Shown here: positions 38,993 to 48,525 of the stretch, in pieces
Numbering within the stretch: the first letter of the stretch is position 1
Layout: each line of letters begins with the position of its first letter
Source of the DNA: Myxococcota bacterium
GTDB lineage: Bacteria; Myxococcota_A; UBA9160; PR03
Direction: 5' to 3'
DNA length: 64,000 nucleotides
Assembly: GCA_041611735.1 (NCBI GenBank)
Contig: JBFIML010000008.1
Span: forward strand, 1 to 64,000
Notes under the pieces: generated by a model
The model's database searches: none
What the model was told of the DNA's origin: nothing
The model's input: only the letters and a program-made list of their open reading frames with translations
Made by a program: the position numbers and the translations under genes

Positions 38993-41900
38993 CCCATCTC
39001 CCTTCCTGCCCCGGGCGGCGGGGCCGCCGGGACGTCGGGCGCCGCCAGGGCACGGCGCTTCCAGATCGCGAACAAGGCCGGGTACACCAGTAGCTCCAGG
39101 GTGAAGGAGGTGGCGAGACCGCCCACCATGGGCGCCGCGATGCGCTTCATCAGATCGGCCCCGGTGCCGGAGCTCCACAAGAGCGGCAGCAGCCCGGCCG
39201 TCATGGCGGCCACGGTCATGAGCTTGGGCCGGACGCGCCGCGCCGCTCCCTCCACGATGGCCTGCTCCAGGTCCGCGAAGCTGCGCAGGCGTCCCTCCGC
39301 GAGACGCTGGCGGTGCGCGAGGGTCAGGTAGAGGAGCATCACCACCCCGGTCTGCGCGTCCAGGCCCGCCAGGGCGATGATCCCCACCCAGACGGCGACG
39401 CTCAGGTTGTAGTCCAGCAGCCACAGCAGCCAGATCGCCCCGATCAGCGAGAAGGGCACCGCCAGCAGCACCATGCCCGTCTCGACGGCGGAGCCCGTGT
39501 TCCAATAGAGCAGCAGGGCGACCAGCAGCAGCGTGAGCGGCAGCACGACCGCCATCCGCTCCCGGGCCCGCTCGAAGTACTGGAACTGTCCCGCCCACTC
39601 GAGACGCATGCCGGCTGGCAGCGGCACCCGCTCGGCCACCAGGCGCCGGGCCTCGTGCACGTAGTCCACGATGGGCCGGCCGCTCACGTCCACGAACACG
39701 AAGCCCACCAGCCGTCCCGCTTCGCTGCGCACGAAAGGGGCCCCCATCTGGAAGGCGATCTCCGCCACCTGCCCGATGGGCACCTGGGCGCCCGTGGGTG
39801 TCGCTACCAGGATGCGCCGCAAGGCGTCGAGGTCCTCGCGGAAGTCCCGGGCGTAGCGCACGCTCACCGGATAGCGCTCGCGCCCCTCCACGGTTTCGGA
39901 GATGTTGCGGCCCCCGATGGCGGATTCGACGATCTCGTTCACGTCGCGAACCCGCAGCCCCAGACGCGCCGCCTCCTCACGGTCGATGCGGACATCCAGG
40001 TAGAAACCGCCGGTGAGCCGCTCCGCCACGGCGCTCCGGGTACCGTCCACCTCCGCCAGCGCCTGCTCGATGGCAACGGCCGTGGACTCGATGCTGGGCA
40101 GGTCGTCGCCGAAGACCTTGATGCCGAGCTGGCTGCGGATGCCCGTGGCCAGCATCTCGGTGCGGGTCTGGACCGGCATCCAGAACAGGTTCGGCATGCC
40201 CGGATAGCGCAGGCGCTCGTTCATCTGCTGGATGAGTCGCTCCCAGGTCATGCCGGCGCGCCACTGGGAGCGGGGCTTCAAGGTGATCACCGTCTCCACC
40301 ATCTCGAGGGGCGCCGGGTCGGTGGGCGTGTCGGCGCGACCCACCTTGCCGAACACGCGCGCCACCTCGGGGAACGCCACGAGCTCGCGGTCCATGCGCT
40401 GGAGCACCGCCGTGGCTTCGGTGATGGACATGCCCGGCGGCGCGGTGGGCATGTAGAGGATCGTGCCCTCGTTGAGGGGCGGCATGAACTCGCTCCCCAG
40501 GGCGAAGAACACCGGCACGGTCGCCAGCATGGCCAGCAGGGCGAGGCCCACCACCAGCGCGCGGTGCCGCACCACGCGACGCACGACCGGGGCATACAGG
40601 GCCACCAGCCAGCGATTCAGCGGGTTCTCGTCCTCGCTCCGCAGGCGGCCGCGGATCAGCAGGGCGGCCAGGGCAGGGGTCAGGGTCACGGACAGCACGG
40701 CCGCGAAGCCCATGGCGTAGGTCTTCGTGTAGGCCAGGGGCTTGAACAGGCGGCCCTCGGTGGATTCCAGCGCGAAGATCGGCAGGAAGGAGACGGTGAT
40801 CACCAGCAGGGCGAAGAAGACGCTCGGCCCCACCTCCTGCATGGCCCGCAGGATCACCGCCTCCCGCTGCTCCGGTCGGCCGGCGTGCTCCCAGGCTTCG
40901 AGCCGCTTGTGGACGTTCTCCACCACGATGATGGAGGCGTCCACCATGGCCCCGATCGCCACGGCGATCCCGCCCAGGGACATGATGTTGGCGGTGAGCT
41001 CCTGGTACAGCATGGGGACGAAGGCGAGCAGCACGCCCACCGGGATGGTGAGGATCGGGATCAGAGCGCTGCGGGCGTGGAGCAGGAAGACGAAGATGAT
41101 CAGGGAGACGATCGCCATCTCCTCCAGCAGCGTCCGGCGCAGCGTGTCGATGGCGCCCCGGATCAGCTCCGAGCGGTCGTAGGTGGGCACGACCTCGATG
41201 CCCTCGGGGAGCCCGGCCTCCACCGCCGCCAGGCGCTCCTTCACGGCGTCGATCACCCGCAGGGCGTTCTCCCCGTGGCGCATCACCACGATGCCGCCCA
41301 CCACCTCGCCCTCGCCGTCGAGCTCTGCCGCCCCGCGGCGCATGTCGGGGCCGACACCGACCTCCGCCACCTGCTCGATCGTCACCGGCGTGCCGCCGTC
41401 GGCACGCAGCGGCACCCGCCGGAGGTCGTCGAGGCTGCGCACGTAGCCGCGGCCGCGCACCACGTACTCGTGTCCCGCCAGCTCGAGGCTGCGTCCGCCG
41501 GCGTCCTCGTTCGACTCGCGCACCGCCTCGATCACGTCCCGCAGCGGGATGCCCAGGGCCAGCAGCTTGTTCGGATCGACCTGGATCTGGTACTGGCGCT
41601 CGAAGCCGCCCAGCGAGGCCACCTCCGCCACGCCCGGCACGCTGGCCAGCGCGTAGCGCAGGTTCCAGTCCTGCAGGCTGCGCAGCTGGGCCAGGTCGTG
41701 CCGGCCGCTGCGGTCCAGCAGGGCGTACTCGAAGACCCACCCGACCCCGGTGGCATCGGGGCCCAGCACGGGCGAGACGCCCTCCGGCAGCGCCCCCTGG
41801 ATCCCCGCCAGGTACTCGAGCACCCGGCTGCGCGCCCAGTAGAGGTCGGTCCCGTCCTCGAAGATGACGTAGACGAAGGAGAGCCCGAAGAAGGATTGCC

Positions 41901-42180
41901 CGCGCACGTAGCGCACGTGGGGTGCGGCGAGCAGCCGGGTCGAGATCGGGTAGGTGAGCTGGTCCTCGACCAGGTCCGGGCTGCGCCCGGGCCACTCGGT
42001 GAACACGATCACCTGCACGTCCGAGAGGTCGGGGATCGCGTCCAGCGGGGCGCGGCGCAAGGCGTGGACGCCCCAGACCGTCGCGGCGACCACCAGCAGG
42101 ACGGTGAGGAAGCGCTGGCGTGCGCAGGCGGCGATCACGCGCGCGACGTAGCCCTCGTTCTGCTGGGGCTGGCCGCTCAC
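38989..42180 (-). CDS. cusA: CusA/SilA heavy-metal efflux RND permease
   Basis: LDAIPDLSDVQVI, LGPDATGVGW, AIGAMVDA, GSEFMPPLNEG, RVRPKLMT, MKRIAAPMVGG; GTG 42180. Confidence 0.95.
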   Translation of the reverse strand: MSGQPQQNEGYVARVIAACARQRFLTVLLVVAATVWGVHALRRAPLDAIPDLSDVQVIVFTEWPGRSPDLVEDQLTYPISTRLLAAPHVRYVRGQSFFGLSFVYVIFEDGTDLYWARSRVLEYLAGIQGALPEGVSPVLGPDATGVGWVFEYALLDRSGRHDLAQLRSLQDWNLRYALASVPGVAEVASLGGFERQYQIQVDPNKLLALGIPLRDVIEAVRESNEDAGGRSLELAGHEYVVRGRGYVRSLDDLRRVPLRADGGTPVTIEQVAEVGVGPDMRRGAAELDGEGEVVGGIVVMRHGENALRVIDAVKERLAAVEAGLPEGIEVVPTYDRSELIRGAIDTLRRTLLEEMAIVSLIIFVFLLHARSALIPILTIPVGVLLAFVPMLYQELTANIMSLGGIAVAIGAMVDASIIVVENVHKRLEAWEHAGRPEQREAVILRAMQEVGPSVFFALLVITVSFLPIFALESTEGRLFKPLAYTKTYAMGFAAVLSVTLTPALAALLIRGRLRSEDENPLNRWLVALYAPVVRRVVRHRALVVGLALLAMLATVPVFFALGSEFMPPLNEGTILYMPTAPPGMSITEATAVLQRMDRELVAFPEVARVFGKVGRADTPTDPAPLEMVETVITLKPRSQWRAGMTWERLIQQMNERLRYPGMPNLFWMPVQTRTEMLATGIRSQLGIKVFGDDLPSIESTAVAIEQALAEVDGTRSAVAERLTGGFYLDVRIDREEAARLGLRVRDVNEIVESAIGGRNISETVEGRERYPVSVRYARDFREDLDALRRILVATPTGAQVPIGQVAEIAFQMGAPFVRSEAGRLVGFVFVDVSGRPIVDYVHEARRLVAERVPLPAGMRLEWAGQFQYFERARERMAVVLPLTLLLVALLLYWNTGSAVETGMVLLAVPFSLIGAIWLLWLLDYNLSVAVWVGIIALAGLDAQTGVVMLLYLTLAHRQRLAEGRLRSFADLEQAIVEGAARRVRPKLMTVAAMTAGLLPLLWSSGTGADLMKRIAAPMVGGLATSFTLELLVYPALFAIWKRRALAAPDVPAAPPPGAGREMG

Positions 42181-43670
42181 CACTGGTCCAGGGCCTCCCG
42201 CAGCCGGCTCTCGGAGGCGATCAGGAAGGTGCCCGACGTGACGACGGGCTCCCCTTCCTCGAGCCCCGAGACGACCTCCACGTCCTCGCCGCTGCGCATC
42301 CCGGTGCGCACCTCCCGGGGCCGGAAGCGGCCTGCGTCGATCTGCACGAACACGAAGCTCCGGTCGCCGGCGTGGAGCACCGCCGACTGCGGTACCACCA
42401 GCCGCTCGCCCCGCTCGGCGCGCAGCCGCACCGTGACCCACATGTCGGGTCGGAGCTGGTGTTCCGGGTTGGGCAGCACGACGCGCAGGCGCAGGGTGCG
42501 CGTCGCCCCCACGAGCTGTGGATGGATGTAGGCGACGTTTCCCTTCCAGCTGCGATCCGGCTGGTGGGAAAGCGTCACCTCGGCGGGCTGCCCCACCTCG
42601 ACCAGCGGGATCTCGGACTCGTAGATCTCCGCCTCGATCCAGACCCGGTCGAGGGGTGCGATGCGGTAGAGGCGTTGGCCGGGCTCGACACTGCCGCCTT
42701 CCACCACGCCCTTCTCGGTCACGTAGCCGCTGGCGGGAGAGCGGATCGGCAGGTACTCGAGCGCCTCGCCGCCGCGCTCGAGGCGGGCGAGCTCCGCCGC
42801 CGACACGTCCCACAGCCGCAGGCGCTTGCGGGCCGAGTGCACCAGGTAGTCGGCCCGCTCGGGCGCGCCGGTCTCCCGTGCCCGCGCCTGGCTGCGCAGC
42901 GCCTGGAGGTACTCCTGCTGGGCCGCGTAGAGCTCGGGGCTGTAGAGGCGGAACAGGACGGCGCCGCGCTCCACGGGATCGCCCAGCGCGGCGACGCGCA
43001 GGTCGCCCACCCAGCCGCGCACCTTGAGGGAGACGTCCACCAGGGCCGTCTCGTCGAACTCGACGCGGCCCGCGGCCCGCACCACCCGCTCCATGGGCTT
43101 GCGGGCGGCCGGCGTCGTGCGCACCCCCACGCGCTGGAGACGCTCGGGCGCGAAGGAGACCTCTGGCGCTCCGGTCGGTCCCGGGGAGCCGGCCGGCGGC
43201 CCGCCGGCCGGGCCTCCGGGGGGGGTGAGCTGCAGGCCGCGCGTCCCCACCAGGAGGGATGCCTCCGCCCGGACCCCGCTGCCCGCGGGCGTCCGGGCGC
43301 TGAGCTCCACCTGCCAGCTGCCACCCATGTCCAGCTCGAAGTCGGCCCGGTAGCGACCCTCGCCGCGGGCCTGCACCCGGGCCGGACCGCCCATGGCCGG
43401 CATGCTGCCCATGGCGTGCATGTGGACCTTGACGCCCAATTCCGCGTCCTCGATCGGCCTGTCCTCCGCGTCCCGCAGCTCGACCCACAGCCGGTTCTCG
43501 CCCACGCGCGGGACGGCCGGCTCGACGGCGACGCGCAGCTCGAGACCCGGGGAGACGACCCGCACGGGCTCCGAGCGGGAGCCCCCGCACGCGAGGGCCA
43601 GTCCGAGCAGCAGCGCGGCCGCCCAAGCGCCCCGGTCGGGATTCGCCCCGTGGAAGCTTCCAGCTCGCAT
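42177..43670 (-). CDS. cusB: CusB-like RND membrane-fusion protein with an N-terminal YtkA/FixH-like Met-rich domain
   Basis: Lipobox LAC; HMHAMGSMPAM; LYSPELYAAQQEY, LRPDMW, VVTSGTFLIASES. Confidence 0.85.
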   Translation of the reverse strand: MRAGSFHGANPDRGAWAAALLLGLALACGGSRSEPVRVVSPGLELRVAVEPAVPRVGENRLWVELRDAEDRPIEDAELGVKVHMHAMGSMPAMGGPARVQARGEGRYRADFELDMGGSWQVELSARTPAGSGVRAEASLLVGTRGLQLTPPGGPAGGPPAGSPGPTGAPEVSFAPERLQRVGVRTTPAARKPMERVVRAAGRVEFDETALVDVSLKVRGWVGDLRVAALGDPVERGAVLFRLYSPELYAAQQEYLQALRSQARARETGAPERADYLVHSARKRLRLWDVSAAELARLERGGEALEYLPIRSPASGYVTEKGVVEGGSVEPGQRLYRIAPLDRVWIEAEIYESEIPLVEVGQPAEVTLSHQPDRSWKGNVAYIHPQLVGATRTLRLRVVLPNPEHQLRPDMWVTVRLRAERGERLVVPQSAVLHAGDRSFVFVQIDAGRFRPREVRTGMRSGEDVEVVSGLEEGEPVVTSGTFLIASESRLREALDQW

Positions 43671-43684
43671 GCTCTTGCTCCCCC

Positions 43685-45079
43685 TCACGGCAGGGTCGGG
43701 AGCGCGCCCGTGGCCCGCTCGATCTCGGCCCGGCGTCGGCTCACGCCCGCCAGCGCCTCCTCGTAGCCGAGCTCCGCCTCCAGCAGGTTGCGCTCCGACT
43801 CGATCAGCTCCAGGAACCCGTTGCGCCCGGTTTCGAAGCCGGCGCGCGCCGCCTCCAGCTGGTCGCGCGCCGCCGGCAGCAGTCGGTCGCGATGGATCGC
43901 GAGTACGCGACGCGCCTCGTCCAGCCGGTCGAGGGCGCTGCGAACCCCGAAGCGCACCTCGTCCTCCACGCTCTCTCGCTGCTGCTGCGCCTGCTGGAGC
44001 AGGGCCTTCGACTCGTCCAACGCCGCACGGCGACGCGCCAGGCGCAACGGCACGTTCACGGCGATGCCCACCATGGGACGCACGTCCCGCTCGGGCATCA
44101 TCCCGTTGTAGGCTCCCATCAGCGTGAAATCCGGCAGGAACTCCCGTTCCGCCAGGGCGACCGCCGCCTCCCGCGAGCGGACCCGGGCCTGGGCGGCGAG
44201 CAGCTCGGGCCGCCGGGCCAGGGCGCGCGCCAGGGGTCCCTCCGCGTCGGCCTCCGGCTCTCCGTCGAGCTCCAGGCTCGCCGGTGGCGGCGGAAGCGGT
44301 CGCTCCGCACGACGATGCAGCAGCAGGTTGATCTGCTCCGCGGTCACCCGGTGGGCGGTTTCGAGCAACACGTCCTCGCGCAGGCGCCGGGCCAGCTCCA
44401 CCTCGGCCTGCAGGGGATCCTGCTGGGAGGCGTCCCCTGCCTCGTAGCGGGCGGCGGCGATGCGCTGCAGCTCGCGCAGCAGCTCCACGTGCTCCGCGTT
44501 GATGGCGCGCGCGCGCGTGGCCACGTAGTAGTCGTCGAAGAGCAGGGAGGCCATGGTGGCGAGCCCGAGTCGCACGGCCTCGAAGTCGTGGCTCGCGGCC
44601 TCCGCCTCGGCCAGGGCGACCTGGCCGCGCAGGGTGAGCTTCCCGGGAAACGGCAGCACCTGGCTGAGCTCCACCTGATGGGCGTCGTCCACCATGCGCG
44701 AGCCGAAGGACGTGGGCGAGACGCCGTAGCCGAGCATCGGATCGTCCAGGGAGACCTGCTGGGGATAGCGGGCCAACGCCGCGCGCCAGGCCTGGCGTGC
44801 CGCGTGCAGGGTGGGGTTGCGGCGCAGCACCTCCGCCACCAGCGTGGTCCGCTCGAGGAAGGGCGCGCCCGCGAAGCGGTCGTCCTCGGCCGACGGGGTC
44901 GAGGTCGGGGCGGTCCGTTGCCACTGCTCCTGCAGGTTGCCGTAGCGGGCGCGCAGCCCGAGCCCTGCACAACCGGCCAGCAGCGCCGGGGCCAGGACCA
45001 CCAGCGTGGCAAGCCTCCGGCGTGGGCGCGGGGCGCCGTTGCGGATCGGAAAGACGGTCACGATCGGACACCTCGTCAC
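43685..45079 (-). CDS. TolC/CusC-family outer-membrane efflux lipoprotein (start approximate)
   Basis: LLAGC lipobox; LSQVLPFPGK, ARYEAG, LARRPEL, two OEP-like halves; upstream of cusB. Confidence 0.85.
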   Translation of the reverse strand: MTRCPIVTVFPIRNGAPRPRRRLATLVVLAPALLAGCAGLGLRARYGNLQEQWQRTAPTSTPSAEDDRFAGAPFLERTTLVAEVLRRNPTLHAARQAWRAALARYPQQVSLDDPMLGYGVSPTSFGSRMVDDAHQVELSQVLPFPGKLTLRGQVALAEAEAASHDFEAVRLGLATMASLLFDDYYVATRARAINAEHVELLRELQRIAAARYEAGDASQQDPLQAEVELARRLREDVLLETAHRVTAEQINLLLHRRAERPLPPPPASLELDGEPEADAEGPLARALARRPELLAAQARVRSREAAVALAEREFLPDFTLMGAYNGMMPERDVRPMVGIAVNVPLRLARRRAALDESKALLQQAQQQRESVEDEVRFGVRSALDRLDEARRVLAIHRDRLLPAARDQLEAARAGFETGRNGFLELIESERNLLEAELGYEEALAGVSRRRAEIERATGALPTLP

Positions 45080-45154
45080 TCGGCGTCGGACGGCACGGGA
45101 GCCGCACCGATGCCGTGGCGGAAAGCGCGCTTCGCTAGTGGGACGAGGTGTGGA

Positions 45155-45529
45155 TCAGAGACGCAGGACGACGCTGGCGAGGCCGTCCGCGGAGGCTGGC
45201 TGCCCGATCGGATGCCCTGGCCGATCTCCACCCGGGAGGGCTGCGGGAGACAGGGCGATCGGGCTCCAGGTGGGCGCGGGAGGCGTCGCGGTGGGTGCCT
45301 GGGATTGCAGCGCCGCCGGGGCCACCAGGCAGCCGGACGGCACCAGGCAGGGGCAGGCGTCCGCCACGCTCTCGTGGGCGCAGGCAACGGGACCCTCGCA
45401 GCAGGACGGGCCGGCCAGGGTGGGAGCGGCCGCGGCGGCCAGGCCAAGCGCGAGAGCGGCCAGCAGCAGCCAGCCGGACCGCGTGCGCCAAGGCGATCGT
45501 GCGCGCCAGGGGGATCGCTGCGACACCAT
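45155..45529 (-). CDS. Small exported Cys-rich, Pro-rich protein leading the metal-efflux operon
   Basis: Signal/TM segment, SCC...CAH...CPC...C, Pro-rich linker, C-terminal SVVLRL; promoter immediately upstream. Confidence 0.6.
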   Translation of the reverse strand: MVSQRSPWRARSPWRTRSGWLLLAALALGLAAAAAPTLAGPSCCEGPVACAHESVADACPCLVPSGCLVAPAALQSQAPTATPPAPTWSPIALSPAALPGGDRPGHPIGQPASADGLASVVLRL

Positions 45530-45535
45530 AAGGCT

Positions 45536-45564
45536 CAATTACGTCCTCGCCGAAGGCTTGTCAA
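45536..45564 (-). promoter_or_regulatory. Putative sigma70 promoter of the metal-efflux operon
   Basis: Minus strand TTGACA-17 nt-TAATTG, 6 nt before ATG 45529. Confidence 0.6.
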
Positions 45565-45631
45565 CGCGGACCCACCCAGGGGTCCTTCGGATGCCGGATC
45601 GGCCCGCTTGAGGATCCCCAGGGGCGGCCTG

Positions 45632-46477
45632 TCAGGCGAAGCTGCGCATCAGCTCGGCGTGCTGGTCGAGGCGCGGCAGGATCGCGTCACGGCCCTCCGA
45701 GGGCAGCGCGAAGATCGCCCGCTGCACCCCGGCCCGCACGTAGCGCTCGAGCTGTGCCTTGTCGGGCGCCGCTCCATAGAGGCTGACCGAGATCGATTCC
45801 GGGTCGCGCCCCGCCCGCTCCGCGCGTCGGCGCAGGTCCACCAGGTCGTCCTCGAGCCGGGGGCTGAGCGGCGCGATGGGCAGGTAGCCGTCGCAGTACT
45901 CCACCACCTTGCGCCGCGCCCCGGGTGTGTTGCCTCCCAGGAGCACCGGCGGGTGCGGCTTCTGCATCGGCTTCGGCCACGACCAGATGCGCTCGAAGCG
46001 CACCAGCTCTCCCTGATAGCTGGCCTCCTCCTCGGTCCAGATCCGCTTCATGGCCAGCAGCTTCTCGCGCACCGCCTGCCAGCGCTTCTCGAAGGGGACG
46101 CCGTGGTTCTCCATCTCCTCGGCGTTCCAGCCGCCGCCGATTCCGAACAGGAAGCGCCCGTTCGAGAGCTGGTCCAGGGAGGCGACCTCCTTGGCCGTGG
46201 TGATCGGATCGCGCTCCACCACCAGGCAGATGCCGGTTCCCACCCGCAGGCGTTGCGTGGCGGCGGCGGCGGCCATCAGCGCCACGAACGGATCGTGAGT
46301 GTGCCAGTACTCCTTCGGGAGCGAAGCGCCGCCGGGCCACGGCGTGCGGCGCTCGGCGGGGATGTGGGTGTGCTCGGGGAACCACAGCGACTCGAAGCCG
46401 CGTTCCTCGCAGGCCCGGGCCAGCTCGTCGGGCCGGATCGCGTAGTCGGCCGGGAACATGACGATGCCGAAGTCCAC
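45632..46477 (-). CDS. LLM-class (luciferase-like) oxidoreductase, putatively F420-dependent (Rv2161c-like)
   Basis: EERGFESLWFPEHTHIP, DPFVAL, AKEVASLDQLSNGR, GIGGGWNAEEM, PKPMQKPHPP; GTG 46477. Confidence 0.85.
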   Translation of the reverse strand: MDFGIVMFPADYAIRPDELARACEERGFESLWFPEHTHIPAERRTPWPGGASLPKEYWHTHDPFVALMAAAAATQRLRVGTGICLVVERDPITTAKEVASLDQLSNGRFLFGIGGGWNAEEMENHGVPFEKRWQAVREKLLAMKRIWTEEEASYQGELVRFERIWSWPKPMQKPHPPVLLGGNTPGARRKVVEYCDGYLPIAPLSPRLEDDLVDLRRRAERAGRDPESISVSLYGAAPDKAQLERYVRAGVQRAIFALPSEGRDAILPRLDQHAELMRSFA

Positions 46478-46518
46478 GGAGACCCTCCGTCCTCCCCCCC
46501 CTCGCAGCATGGAGGCGA

Positions 46519-47748
46519 TCAGGTCTTGCGGTCAAGCTGCTGCCGGACGAGCTGCTGGCGTCCTCCGCTTCGCAGCGCCCGGGCCGCCTCGACCAGCTCG
46601 AGGGTGCGCTCGGTGAGGCCGGGCCAGCGATGTTCCGCCTCCAGCACCTCCCGGCCGCCGCGGCCCAGGGCCCGGGCCAGCTCGGGCTGGTCGAGCAGGG
46701 CGCGGATGCCGTCGGCCAGGTCGTCGGGGGTCGCCTCGCGGTCGAGCAGCCAGACGGAGCGGCCGTCCGCGAGGCCGTCCACCACCCCGGCGCGCGCCAC
46801 GATGGGGCGGGCGGCCTCCATGTACTGCAGCAGCTTGATGGGGAAGCCGCCCGGGCGCCGCCGCGGCAGCACGGTCACGGCCGCGGCGAAGCAGAGCGCC
46901 CGCGCCTCGTCGGGATTCCCCACGTGCACGGTGAGCAGCGGCTGCGGCGCCTCGTAGGGGGAGTGGGTCGCCACGGCCACCAGCACGTCCAGCCGTTCGG
47001 CGGCGGCGGCCAGATCGTCGAGATCCTGGTAGCGGTCCAGGTTCCCGGCGTAGAGCACGAAGCGGCCCGGTGTCAGGCCGTGCTCGCGGCAGATGGCGGC
47101 GGTGGCCCGGGCGGTGGGCGGCGGACTCGGCTCGAGGCCCGGCGGGATGCAGGCGACGCGCCCGCGGGCCGTGGTGCGTAGCACGCGCTCCGCCGCCCGG
47201 GAGAGCACCTGCACCGCGTCGGCACGGCGGGCGAGCATGCGGTCCAGGTAGCGGCCCAGGCGCTCCAGGGGCCGGGCCAGGGCGTAGGGTCCGTAGGCGG
47301 GCAGCTCCGGGCCCAGCAGCGTATGCGCCACGTAGACCACCGGGAAGCGCGTCACGACGCGGGCCGCCAGGGCGGCCAGGGCCGCCTCTGCGTTGTGGGC
47401 GAGCACCGCGTGGAAGCGGTCCCGCCGCTGATGCCCGATCAGCTTCGCGACCAGCGCGGCGTCGGCGAAGGGCTTGCGGAAGCTCGGCCCCGAAGCGAGT
47501 CGCCGCGGCGAAAGGCGCGGGTCGGTGCGCACCACCTCCAGGTCCGGGGGGCCCGGGCCGGCGCCCCGGCCGTAGGTGAAGAGGGTCACGCGCGCTCCGG
47601 CCGCCATCAGGGCGCGGGCCTGGGCTTCGAAGAAGGCCTGGGAGCCCTGGGGCAGCGGGAAGGGAAAGGCGCCCACCAGCGCCAGGTGCAGGGCCTTTGC
47701 CCGGATTGCGGGCAGGGGCGGCTGCGGCGCGCGCTGGGGCTGCACCAA
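46519..47748 (-). CDS. Glycosyltransferase family 4
   Basis: PFPLPQGSQ, HAVLAHN, YAGNLDRYQ, GFPIKLLQYMEAARPIV. Confidence 0.85.
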   Translation of the reverse strand: MVQPQRAPQPPLPAIRAKALHLALVGAFPFPLPQGSQAFFEAQARALMAAGARVTLFTYGRGAGPGPPDLEVVRTDPRLSPRRLASGPSFRKPFADAALVAKLIGHQRRDRFHAVLAHNAEAALAALAARVVTRFPVVYVAHTLLGPELPAYGPYALARPLERLGRYLDRMLARRADAVQVLSRAAERVLRTTARGRVACIPPGLEPSPPPTARATAAICREHGLTPGRFVLYAGNLDRYQDLDDLAAAAERLDVLVAVATHSPYEAPQPLLTVHVGNPDEARALCFAAAVTVLPRRRPGGFPIKLLQYMEAARPIVARAGVVDGLADGRSVWLLDREATPDDLADGIRALLDQPELARALGRGGREVLEAEHRWPGLTERTLELVEAARALRSGGRQQLVRQQLDRKT

Positions 47749-47751
47749 CGG

Positions 47752-48525
47752 CTAGTCGCTCGACCCGGAGGCCGGGTCGGGTAGCGGCGGGCCCGGGCGG
47801 GCCTGCGCCGTTCGGGCCGGGATCTCGGGGCGCCTGAGCTCCCGGTAGAGCAGGGCGAGCTCGGCCAGGGCACGCACGATGACGCGCGGGCGCGCGCCCT
47901 TGGCGCGTCCGGCCCGGCGTGGGCGGTGGCTCACGGGCACCTGGTGGATGCGGAAGCCGGCCCGCTGGGCGCGCACCAGCAGCTCCGTGTTCACGAAGGC
48001 CCCGATCGAGGCGATCGGGAGGGCCTCCAGCACGGGCGCCCGGAACACCTTGAAGGCGCAGTCGATGTCGCGTACGCGCAGGCCGAAGAGCGTGCCCACG
48101 AGGGCGCCCCAGACCGCTGCGATGAGCCGGCGCCGCCACGGGTCGCGCCGCGGGGCCCGATAGCCGGCCACGATGTCGAAGCGCTCCGCCTGCTCCAGCA
48201 GCCGGGCCAGCTCCTCCAGGTCGAACTGCAGGTCCGCGTCGCTGAAGAAGACCAGCTCGCCTCGCGCCGCACGCAGCCCCGAGCGCAGGGCGGCTCCGTA
48301 TCCCACGTTGGTGGGATGGCGCAGCAGCCGGACCCGCGGCTCGCTGCGCTTGCGGGCGGCGACGATCTCGGCGCTGCGGTCGCGGCTGCCGTCGTCCACC
48401 ACGATGATCTCGAAGTCGCTGGCCAGGCGGGGGGCGAGCGCCAGGGCCCCGTCCAGGAGCGGGCCCACGTTGGCCTCTTCGTCGAAGACCGGGAATACCA
48501 GCGAGAGGGCGGGCCGATGGGTCAT
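47752..48525 (-). CDS. Glycosyltransferase family 2 (DPM1/ArnC-like)
   Basis: PVFDEE, VVDDGSRD, NVGYGAALRSG, FSDADLQ, DIDCAFK; ATG 48525 overlaps the upstream stop. Confidence 0.9.
   Translation of the reverse strand: MTHRPALSLVFPVFDEEANVGPLLDGALALAPRLASDFEIIVVDDGSRDRSAEIVAARKRSEPRVRLLRHPTNVGYGAALRSGLRAARGELVFFSDADLQFDLEELARLLEQAERFDIVAGYRAPRRDPWRRRLIAAVWGALVGTLFGLRVRDIDCAFKVFRAPVLEALPIASIGAFVNTELLVRAQRAGFRIHQVPVSHRPRRAGRAKGARPRVIVRALAELALLYRELRRPEIPARTAQARPGPPLPDPASGSSD

Noticed and set aside
45536-45564. Possible CueR/MerR-type promoter for the Cus operon
   Set aside because: The spacer is 17 nt rather than 19-20 nt and its dyad symmetry is weak.
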